Of a DNA stretch of 28,489 nt, positions 1 to 5,833 are shown piece after piece. A program made the position numbers and the translations under genes. The stretch comes from a virus (Duplodnaviria; Heunggongvirae; Uroviricota; Caudoviricetes), in IMG/VR virus record IMGVR_UViG_3300017971_000019, positions 64,001 through 92,489 of that record; one strand, given 5' to 3'. Below the pieces are notes generated by a model. It was not told where the DNA came from. It searched no databases and saw only the letters and a program-made list of their open reading frames with translations. The number at the start of each line of letters is the position of its first letter. Positions within the stretch are counted from its first letter, which is position 1.

Positions 1-2
1 AG

Positions 3-158
3 TGCTCTTTCGATAACGCTCGTTCCCTGGACCCTGGAGACCAGGTCGGGGGGAGCGGTGAGGTCGAGGTCGGATCCGAACGCTGGGGTGGCAAGCAGGG
101 CAACAAGCAGGAAGATTCGCATACTGTTATCCTTTCAGGGAAAGGGGTTCTCTCATGA
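3..158 (+). CDS. 3' end of a truncated upstream CDS (probable virion protein)
   Basis: Frame 3 is open from the window start (CSFDNARSLDPGDQVGGSGEVEVGSERW...GVLS*). Its TGA overlaps the ATG at 155 (ATGA coupling). Confidence 0.6.
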   Translation, partial: CSFDNARSLDPGDQVGGSGEVEVGSERWGGKQGNKQEDSHTVILSGKGVLS

Positions 159-451
159 TCACAGGAAAGCTTCACACTGGCACGGGTGCAGCGGTAGCAC
201 TATCCACGGTGGGTGTTCCGGCGCAGTTCAAAAAGCTGGACATCCAGGCCAACGACGGGAACAGCGCAGACGCCTATCTGGGCGGCTCCACGGTCGCGGT
301 GGACGGGACGGTGAACGCGTGGCTACAGCTAGCACCAGGCAAGTCGTACCACATCGGGGCCGAGTCCGGCGACCTGTTGGGGATCGACACCGCCAACACG
401 TACATCATTGCCGCCTCCAGCGACCTCATCCACTTCATCGTCCACACCTAG
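155..451 (+). CDS. Hypothetical beta-rich protein, probably virion-associated
   Basis: 98-aa ORF, ATGA-coupled to the upstream frame, Gly/Ala/Thr/Val-rich, directly upstream of the fibre-like gene. Confidence 0.75.
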   Translation: MITGKLHTGTGAAVALSTVGVPAQFKKLDIQANDGNSADAYLGGSTVAVDGTVNAWLQLAPGKSYHIGAESGDLLGIDTANTYIIAASSDLIHFIVHT

Positions 452-458
452 GAGGGTC

Positions 459-2141
459 ATGATGAAGAGAGCACTTTTCGCACTCGCCGTCCTTCTCCTG
501 GCCGGAACGGCTTCGGCTCAGATCAGCGGTGGCATTGACGATGGCACGGTAACGGGAGATCTCCGGGTGACCGGGGACTTGACCGTTGATGGGGCCGTCT
601 CCAGCACCGGCGTGAATACAGCCCCTTCCGGCTGCTCAACCCCAGGGTACGCCTGGACAGACGACACCGACACGGGGCTGTGCTTCGCTGCCGACGACTC
701 GCAGGACACCTGGAGCGTTGACTACATGGCACTCGCCCTCGGTGGCGAGCCAGTAGCCCAGGTCTACACGGCGTCTGGTGGTGAGTACTTCTTCGAGGTA
801 CAGAACCCGAATCAGGCGGGAGCCCCAGGAGCCCCAAAGAGGATGTTCAGGGTTAGGGGAGACGCCGACCTGACAAGGATCTACGCATACGCGCCAACAG
901 AGGCTGCCGCAAGCATGGATCATGTGATGACCAGCACGTCCCACACGTTGACCTATTACGATGCGCCGGACGACTCGGACTTCGTCATGTCCATGGACGG
1001 GATCATCAAGGTGGGTAACGGGTCTGCGTCCATTCCGTCGTATTCGTTCCAGGGCGACCCCGACACCGGCTGGTACTACGGCACCGACGGTGAGGCGTCT
1101 GCCGAACTGTGGGGATCGGTTGCCGGGAACGAGACCTTCAAGATGTGGGACAACGGTGAGGCACGCTACGTTGAGTTCTTTGGAACGTATACCGACTCCA
1201 GCAACTATGAAGGTTTCCAGATTGGCCTCGACACGGCTGGGCAGGTCAGCCTGCGTACGACCACGGCGGGCACCGGAACAGACAACATGTCCCTCAACCT
1301 ATTCGGGGCTGGAACCGGAGACATCAACGCTTACGCGGACGTTGTCCCAGGGGGTGGAGAGGGGACGAAGGACTTGGGTGCGGACGGAACCGGGTGGCAG
1401 ACCCTCTACCTTGGTGACGACTCCACGGGTGGCACGATCATCTTCGAGGGGATAGCCGGGGACGGGAACGAGGTCACTCTCGCCGCAGCGAACGCTTCCA
1501 GCGACACCACGTTCACCATCCCCAACGTGACCGGGACTGCGCTTGTTGCTGGGGTACAGAGCATCGCCGCAACGACCACGTTCAACATGGGCGGTAACAC
1601 CTTCACGATTGATGGCGGCATCACCCAGATGCAGAACGTGGCCGGTGATCTTCCGGATGAAGGTGGCGTTGCCACCTACGCCCAAGTCTCCAACCAGACT
1701 GAAGATATCGGCGGCACTGGTAAGGAGTACTGGGTCACCCTCACAGACAACACCGCGACGACGATTGCCGACATTGAACTTGCGGAGAATCGCCAGACGA
1801 CCGGCGGGACCGTGAACCTGACAGCCACCTGTACAGACGCTACGAACTATGCGTCTGGCACCCTCACTGCGACGTTCAACTGCACGACGTGGAACGCCGG
1901 GTCGGGCAACCCGTCCTGCGCTGTGACTGAGGCCGCAGAGGCGGTGACCACGGACGGAACCGCAACCATAGACACGATGACGATCAGTTTCTCAGTCTCA
2001 CAAGACTATGCGGCGATGCAGGCAACAGTGGACTGCGGGGGTGTCACCCCATCGGTCCTTCGCGGGTACGCCCACATCACCACGGCTAGGTCGGAGAATC
2101 AGGGAAACTGGAGCATGTATAACGACGCGACAGCGCCATAA
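459..2141 (+). CDS. Tail-fibre/adhesin-like protein with N-terminal signal peptide
   Basis: SD AGGAGG at 450-455 precedes ATG 459. N-terminus is MMKRALFALAVLLLAGTASA|Q. Contains VTGDLRVTGDLTVDG and two copies of the fibre motif (PSYSFQGDPDTGWY; PGYAWTDDTDTGLC). Thr/Gly/Asp-rich. Confidence 0.7.
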   Translation: MMKRALFALAVLLLAGTASAQISGGIDDGTVTGDLRVTGDLTVDGAVSSTGVNTAPSGCSTPGYAWTDDTDTGLCFAADDSQDTWSVDYMALALGGEPVAQVYTASGGEYFFEVQNPNQAGAPGAPKRMFRVRGDADLTRIYAYAPTEAAASMDHVMTSTSHTLTYYDAPDDSDFVMSMDGIIKVGNGSASIPSYSFQGDPDTGWYYGTDGEASAELWGSVAGNETFKMWDNGEARYVEFFGTYTDSSNYEGFQIGLDTAGQVSLRTTTAGTGTDNMSLNLFGAGTGDINAYADVVPGGGEGTKDLGADGTGWQTLYLGDDSTGGTIIFEGIAGDGNEVTLAAANASSDTTFTIPNVTGTALVAGVQSIAATTTFNMGGNTFTIDGGITQMQNVAGDLPDEGGVATYAQVSNQTEDIGGTGKEYWVTLTDNTATTIADIELAENRQTTGGTVNLTATCTDATNYASGTLTATFNCTTWNAGSGNPSCAVTEAAEAVTTDGTATIDTMTISFSVSQDYAAMQATVDCGGVTPSVLRGYAHITTARSENQGNWSMYNDATAP

Positions 2142-2153
2142 TCCTAGGCTCCC

Positions 2154-2534
2154 ATGCCTCAGCGTGAAGCGAGGACGATCTACGACCTGGTGGACCGCCC
2201 AGAGGTGCGGACGCCAGACGGCCCCGCCACGCTCAATTCCATTGGGATCGGGACGGATCGTGGTGAGGTTCTCATCCCACAGGTCCGACGCGGCCTAGAC
2301 AGGCTGATGACCCCAGACGAGGCTTTCCAGCACTACCTGGCCACGGGGGAACACCTCGGCATCTTCGATACGCCGGATGAGTCCACCGCCGAAGGGGCGA
2401 GGCTCTCCCGTGAGCAGGCTGGGATTGGAAGGGCTAAGGCTCAGATGGCCGCTGCCCACGTTCGGATGGGGCCCATGGCTGGTCTACTGATGAGCCTGTT
2501 TGGAGCGCCGGGAGGGATTCGAACCCCCGAATAG
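2154..2534 (+). CDS. Hypothetical protein with a motif typical of phage internal-virion proteins
   Basis: RPEV.TPDG....SIGIGTD.GEVLIP.V....EAF.HY..TGEHLGIF.TP.E resembles a recurring phage domain (recalled, not searched). The last 34 nt overlap tRNA-Cys on the opposite strand. Confidence 0.65.
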   Translation: MPQREARTIYDLVDRPEVRTPDGPATLNSIGIGTDRGEVLIPQVRRGLDRLMTPDEAFQHYLATGEHLGIFDTPDESTAEGARLSREQAGIGRAKAQMAAAHVRMGPMAGLLMSLFGAPGGIRTPE

Positions 2535-2575
2535 TAGGGTTGCAGCCTACCGCGTTTCCGCTTCGCCACCGACGC
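2501..2575 (-). tRNA. tRNA-Cys(GCA)
   Basis: Cloverleaf; anticodon arm GTAGG-CTGCAAC-CCTAC; encoded CCA. Confidence 0.95.
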
Positions 2576-2650
2576 TTCTTGTTAAGGCTCTGTTTTACTT
2601 ACCTAACAACCTGGTTCGTTTAGTAAAGGTTCAGGCCTGAGCCTTTAATA

Positions 2651-2737
2651 TGGCGGAGGGCACGGGACTCGAACCCGCAAGGCCCGAAGGCCACACCCGG
2701 ATTCCAACCGGGCCGCTTTCCAATTCGCCTACCCTCC
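2651..2737 (-). tRNA. tRNA-Ser(GGA)
   Basis: CCCGG-TTGGAAT-CCGGG; long variable arm; G73; CCA. Confidence 0.95.
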
Positions 2738-2739
2738 GT

Positions 2740-2827
2740 TGGCGGAAGATGGAGGATTCGAACCCCTACGCACTTCTGCGTACCCCGGCTTTCAAGGCCG
2801 GTTGCGAACCGATTCGCGGCATCTTCC
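2740..2827 (-). tRNA. tRNA-Ser(TGA)
   Basis: CCGGC-CTTGAAA-GCCGG; long variable arm; CCA. Confidence 0.95.
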
Positions 2828-3305
2828 CCTTGTGACGTACGACGTGGTCCGCAGCGTGGGTTGCAGCCCATGCGTCGGGCTTCCACAGCGCCTTGAACCC
2901 CTGCCCTACGACCATGCCTACAAGCTCCTGGAGGTACTTGCTGGACATGTGCTTCTCGGACGCGTTCGCGTCGATGTGGACTGTGAGTTCCGGCTGCTCG
3001 GGAAGCTTCATGGCTAGCTCCACGGACATCCAGACTTCCTTCGTGAGCCTCTCCCTGAGAGAGGTGATGCGAGGGTAGACCTCGCGGTAGTACGCAACCC
3101 TCCCACCCTTCGGAGGGTTGAGGACCACGACCACGGTCACGAACTGGGTGTAGCGTCCGGTCTGGAGGGAGTCCGTGCCCACATGAACGACCTGGCCACG
3201 TCGCGTGGACTCCTTCACCCACTGGACGATGTCTTCGATCTTCTCCCCGGCTTCGAGCTTCTCCCCGCCGAGCGTCTTCCATTTCGACTTGTAGAGTGGC
3301 TTCAT
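2766..3305 (-). CDS. YkuK/DUF458 ribonuclease H-like protein
   Basis: Motifs VHVGTDS, FVTVVVV..GGR, SLRERLTKEVWMSVELA, TVHIDAN, KPDAWAATHAADHVVR match the YkuK family pattern. SD GAGGA upstream. Stop codon lies inside tRNA-Ser(TGA). Confidence 0.85.
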   Translation of the reverse strand: MKPLYKSKWKTLGGEKLEAGEKIEDIVQWVKESTRRGQVVHVGTDSLQTGRYTQFVTVVVVLNPPKGGRVAYYREVYPRITSLRERLTKEVWMSVELAMKLPEQPELTVHIDANASEKHMSSKYLQELVGMVVGQGFKALWKPDAWAATHAADHVVRHKGKMPRIGSQPALKAGVRRSA

Positions 3306-3345
3306 AGGTTGATCTTCCTCTTCGGTCTCTCGACTGCCTTGAAGG

Positions 3346-3420
3346 TGGTCCTCCCGATAAGCTTCGAACTTATACCCTGCCCCTTATAAGGAGGCTGCTC
3401 TTCCCTTGAGCTACGGGAGG
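3346..3420 (-). tRNA. tRNA-Ile(TAT)
   Basis: Acceptor CCTCCCG/CGGGAGG, A73, CCA; anticodon arm GCCTC-CTTATAA-GGGGC; T-arm ATAAG-TTCGAAG-CTTAT. Confidence 0.88.
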
Positions 3421-3426
3421 CCAGGT

Positions 3427-3511
3427 TGGCGGAAGGTGGAGGAATCGAACCCCTGCGCGGTGCGCACCCTGGTATTCGACACCAGTTGCCGACCATTCAG
3501 CGGCACCTTCC
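3427..3511 (-). tRNA. tRNA-Ser(CGA)
   Basis: CTGGT-GTCGAAT-ACCAG; long variable arm; CCA. Confidence 0.92.
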
Positions 3512-3596
3512 TGGCGGAAGAGGGGAGAGTCGAACTCCCTCGGGCTATACCCTTACCCGGTTAGCAGCCGGGCTCCTGACCGTTCGGATCTCTTCC
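3512..3596 (-). tRNA. tRNA-Ser(GCT)
   Basis: CCCGG-CTGCTAA-CCGGG; long variable arm; CCA. Confidence 0.95.
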
Positions 3597-3597
3597 A

Positions 3598-3673
3598 TGG
3601 AACCCCCCGCCGGATTCGAGCCGACGCCTCGGAGTTAGAAGCTCCGTGTGCTTGTCCATTACACCAGGGGGGC
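3598..3673 (-). tRNA. tRNA-Arg(TCT)
   Basis: CGGAG-CTTCTAA-CTCCG; CCA; T-loop CTCGAAT (C54). Confidence 0.9.
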
Positions 3674-3710
3674 GATTTGCACCCTGTGAGGGCGCGTACT
3701 GCACTCGAAA

Positions 3711-3786
3711 TGGAACTCCCGTCGGGATTCGAACCCGAGGCCTTCTCCTTAGGAGGGAGATGCTCTTCCATCTGAGCTACGGGAGC
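3711..3786 (-). tRNA. tRNA-Arg(CCT)
   Basis: TCTCC-CTCCTAA-GGAGA; CCA. Confidence 0.95.
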
Positions 3787-3788
3787 GT

Positions 3789-3863
3789 TGGAACCCCCTA
3801 CCCGACTCGAACGGGTGCGCGTAGGTTCGTAGCCTACTGCTCTTCCATCTGAGCTAAGGGGGC
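3789..3863 (-). tRNA. tRNA-Arg(ACG)
   Basis: GTAGG-CTACGAA-CCTAC; CCA. Confidence 0.95.
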
Positions 3864-3868
3864 TCGGT

Positions 3869-3942
3869 TGGTAGGGACATGGGGACTCGAACCCCAATCG
3901 CCTGGTTGAAAGCCAGGTCGCTTGCCTTTAGCGTATGCCCCC
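3869..3942 (-). tRNA. tRNA-Glu(TTC)
   Basis: CCTGG-CTTTCAA-CCAGG; CCA. Confidence 0.92.
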
Positions 3943-3953
3943 GTCCAGCCCTA

Positions 3954-4016
3954 CCCCGGTTGCGACTGGTCACAGGAACTCATTAGGGAGTGACTCTTCA
4001 TGAGCCGGGGAGTCGC
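3954..4016 (-). ncRNA. Structured spacer with pseudoknot potential, immediately 3' of tRNA-Thr(TGT)
   Basis: Interleaved 6-bp complements GCGACT/AGTCGC and CCCCGG/CCGGGG, plus an internal CTCAT/ATGAG stem. Confidence 0.45.
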
Positions 4017-4087
4017 TGGAGCCCCACCAGGGTATCGAACCCTGCGAGCGCTGCTTACAAGGCAGTGCCGGTCCCTGACCGTGAGGC
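4017..4087 (-). tRNA. tRNA-Thr(TGT), short D-arm
   Basis: 71 nt; CTGC-CTTGTAA-GCAG; D-arm reduced to CGGTC-AGGG-ACCG; CCA. Confidence 0.85.
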
Positions 4088-4163
4088 TGGTGGCTTCGAG
4101 TGGATTCGAACCACTATCGCCGTGCTCTTCAGGCACGCGCTCTACCGTTGGAGCTACGAAGCC
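4088..4163 (-). tRNA. tRNA-Phe(GAA)
   Basis: CGTGC-CTGAAGA-GCACG; CCA. Confidence 0.95.
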
Positions 4164-4168
4164 AAGTC

Positions 4169-4240
4169 TGGAGCCAACGCGGAGAATCGAACTCCGTCCT
4201 ACTCCTTACGAAGGAGGTTGGACACCATGTCCTCGCTGGC
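4169..4240 (-). tRNA. tRNA-Thr(CGT), short D-arm
   Basis: 72 nt; CTCC-TTCGTAA-GGAG; D-arm GGAC-ATGGT-GTCC; CCA. Confidence 0.85.
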
Positions 4241-4241
4241 G

Positions 4242-4308
4242 TTGATGGCTCCCCTGTGCTCAGGGCCTCTCCCCTTGCCAGAGAGCACGCGCACCACGCA
4301 GCCATCAA
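4242..4308 (-). ncRNA. Structured spacer RNA (multi-stem)
   Basis: Perfect 9-bp terminal stem TTGATGGCT/AGCCATCAA enclosing GCG-TGGTG-CGC and GTGCTC/GAGCAC stems. Confidence 0.45.
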
Positions 4309-4311
4309 TTC

Positions 4312-4386
4312 TGGTCCCAGAGGTTGGGGTCGAACCAACAGCCTCTCGGTTATCAACCGAACGCTCTACCATTGAGCTACTCCGGG
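4312..4386 (-). tRNA. tRNA-Ile(GAT)
   Basis: TTCGG-TTGATAA-CCGAG; CCA. Confidence 0.95.
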
Positions 4387-4388
4387 GA

Positions 4389-4462
4389 TGGTGGGACGCC
4401 AGAGAATCGAACTCTGCCCAATGGGTTAAAGGCCCAACGCTCCGCCTTGGAGCTAACGTCCC
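4389..4462 (-). tRNA. tRNA-Lys(TTT) with C33
   Basis: TTGGG-CCTTTAA-CCCAT; rest of the cloverleaf canonical; CCA. Confidence 0.85.
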
Positions 4463-4537
4463 TGGCTCAGGAGCCCAGATTCGAACTGGGACGATCTGAT
4501 TAACAGTCAGACATGCTCCCGTTGACATCACTCCTGA
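4463..4537 (-). tRNA. tRNA-Asn(GTT)
   Basis: TCTGA-CTGTTAA-TCAGA; U1-A72, G73; CCA. Confidence 0.95.
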
Positions 4538-4794
4538 ACATAGTTCCCGTGCTCGTCTCGCGCCTGGGAGAGCGCGTGGCTCCGAGAGTGCTCCGCACGG
4601 GAGGACAACTCTAGGTTCGCCGGATCGTTGTCGCGGCGATCACCGTTCTTGTGGTGGATCGTTTCATCGCTGGCCGGGAGCACGCCGTGCTCCTTCCAGT
4701 ACACCAGCGTGTGCTCGTAGCAGTAGCGGCCACGGTACTTCTTGCCGGGGAAGTCCTCCGGCGCTACGACGAGTTCGTATGGGCCGTTCTTCAT
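4528..4794 (-). CDS. Free-standing HNH endonuclease (HNH_3-like)
   Basis: YEHTLVYWKEHG...IHHKNGDRRDNDPANLEL....EHSRSH. SD AGGAG 5 nt before ATG 4794. Stop inside tRNA-Asn. Confidence 0.9.
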   Translation of the reverse strand: MKNGPYELVVAPEDFPGKKYRGRYCYEHTLVYWKEHGVLPASDETIHHKNGDRRDNDPANLELSSRAEHSRSHALSQARDEHGNYVQE

Positions 4795-4807
4795 CACCAC
4801 TCCTGAA
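4529..4807. repeat. 10-bp direct repeat CACTCCTGAA flanking the HNH gene
   Basis: Identical copies at 4529-4538 and 4798-4807 (12/13 match when extended to CAYCACTCCTGAA). Confidence 0.85.
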
Positions 4808-4881
4808 TGGCTGCCCCCCGCAGATTCGAACTGCGATTGTCCGGGTCAGAGCCGGGTGTCCTACCATTGAACGAAGGGGCA
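4808..4881 (-). tRNA. tRNA-Gln(CTG)
   Basis: CCGG-CTCTGAC-CCGG; U1-A72, G73; CCA. Confidence 0.95.
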
Positions 4882-4882
4882 T

Positions 4883-4956
4883 TGGTCGGGAAGCGGGGAG
4901 TCGAACCCCGGCTGCATGGTCCCAAACCACGCGTGCTGCCGTAACACTTCTTCCCG
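4883..4956 (-). tRNA. tRNA-Pro(TGG)
   Basis: CGTGG-TTTGGGA-CCATG; C1-G72; CCA. Confidence 0.95.
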
Positions 4957-4957
4957 T

Positions 4958-5031
4958 TGGGGTGTCCGAGCGGAGTTGAACCGCCATCACCAGGGCCACA
5001 ACCTGGCGCTCTTCCATTGAGCTACGGACAC
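4958..5031 (-). tRNA. tRNA-His(GTG), no encoded G-1
   Basis: CCAGG-TTGTGGC-CCTGG; C73; the base at -1 is T. Confidence 0.92.
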
Positions 5032-5177
5032 AACGAAACCGACGACGACACCAGACACCAGAGCCTCCGTGTGAACTGGTCTGTCGCTCCCGAGCTACCC
5101 TTGGAGCGGGATATTGGCTCTCTTATCACCCACCCACGATGCGTCTCGGATTCACTCGTCGTCAGTCGGCTTCGTTG
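5032..5177 (-). ncRNA. ~146-nt structured ncRNA of unknown class
   Basis: ~19-bp terminal helix CAACGAAGCCGAC(T)GACGAC / GTCGTCGTCGGTTTCGTTG, whose G-U pair favours the minus strand. Inner stems AGAGCC/GGCTCT and CGCTCC/GGAGCG. Confidence 0.6.
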
Positions 5178-5188
5178 TAGCCGTAGGT

Positions 5189-5264
5189 TGGTACTCCCCC
5201 AGGGACTTGAACCCTGACAGTGCTGGGTGTAAACCAGGTGTTCTGCCACTCGAACTCGGGGAGC
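5189..5264 (-). tRNA. tRNA-Val(TAC)
   Basis: CTGG-TTTACAC-CCAG; CCA. Confidence 0.93.
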
Positions 5265-5265
5265 A

Positions 5266-5340
5266 TGGTCGCACTGGAAGGATTCGAACCTTCAGGGCAG
5301 CCTCGTTATGAGCGAGCGCCAGTCACCAATCAGCAGTGCG
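5266..5340 (-). tRNA. tRNA-CAT (elongator Met or Ile2), poorly paired D-arm
   Basis: CTCG-CTCATAA-CGAG; acceptor CGCACTG/CAGTGCG fully paired; CCA. Met versus Ile2 cannot be resolved by eye. Confidence 0.75.
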
Positions 5341-5341
5341 A

Positions 5342-5417
5342 TGGTAGCGGGGGGAGGAATCGAACCTCCGGGGGTCATGGGTATGAACCACGCTTGGCTA
5401 CCAACAGCCTCCCCGCA
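5342..5417 (-). tRNA. tRNA-CAT, initiator (fMet)-like
   Basis: Acceptor TGCGGGG/CCCCGCT with a U1xU72 mismatch, otherwise fMet-like; CGTGG-TTCATAC-CCATG; CCA. Confidence 0.75.
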
Positions 5418-5511
5418 TCAGGCCCCGAAGTTCTGCCATACACCGTGCCGGTCTGGGCCTCGATGCGTAGGCTAGAGAGTGCTCGGGGTAGGCACCCTAC
5501 TGCGCAGAGCC

Positions 5512-5588
5512 TGGTACCGCTGCCGGGGCTTGAACCCGGACTCTCCGCCTTGAGAGGGCGGCGTGTTGGCCAGTTACACTACAGCGGC
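5512..5588 (-). tRNA. tRNA-Glu(CTC)
   Basis: CCGCC-CTCTCAA-GGCGG; CCA. Confidence 0.95.
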
Positions 5589-5591
5589 ACT

Positions 5592-5667
5592 TGGTGGACC
5601 CGGCGAGATTCGAACTCGCATCGTGCAGCTTGCAAGGCTGACATGTTCCCGTTAGCACCACGGGCCC
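5592..5667 (-). tRNA. tRNA-Ala(TGC)
   Basis: CAGC-CTTGCAA-GCTG; G3-U70 present; CCA. Confidence 0.95.
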
Positions 5668-5674
5668 ACGATTC

Positions 5675-5753
5675 TGGCGGGAGTGACGGGAATCGAACCC
5701 GCCTGGTATTCCGCGCTGACAACGCGGTGGCCACCCATGCAGCCCCCACTCCC
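5675..5753 (-). tRNA. tRNA-Asp(GTC)
   Basis: CCGCG-TTGTCAG-CGCGG; G73; slightly long variable region; CCA. Confidence 0.93.
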
Positions 5754-5755
5754 GC

Positions 5756-5832
5756 TGGTCCCTCCCCTGGGATTCGAACCCAGACTGTCCGGGGTTTGAA
5801 GCCGGTGCCTCTGCCAGTTGGACTAGAGAGGG
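5756..5832 (-). tRNA. tRNA-Leu(CAA), short variable arm
   Basis: CCGGC-TTCAAAC-CCCGG (C31xC39 mismatch); variable region ACAGT; A73; CCA. Confidence 0.8.
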
Positions 5833-5833
5833 T

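Noticed and set aside
2501-2575. attP/attL site at the tRNA-Cys 3' end
   Set aside because: No duplicated tRNA 3' fragment and no integrase in the window.
3954-4016. Assignment as an HDV/theta or hammerhead ribozyme
   Set aside because: It lacks P1.1 GG and a J4/2 catalytic C. The CTAATGA and GCAA segments deviate from the hammerhead core and stem II does not pair. Kept only as an unclassified structure.
5756-5832. Alternative register of Leu(CAA) as a UCA (opal suppressor or selenocysteine) anticodon, CT-TCA-AA
   Set aside because: That register destroys three stem pairs and the canonical arm spacing. There are no SelC features, and TGA is the commonest stop in coupled gene junctions here.
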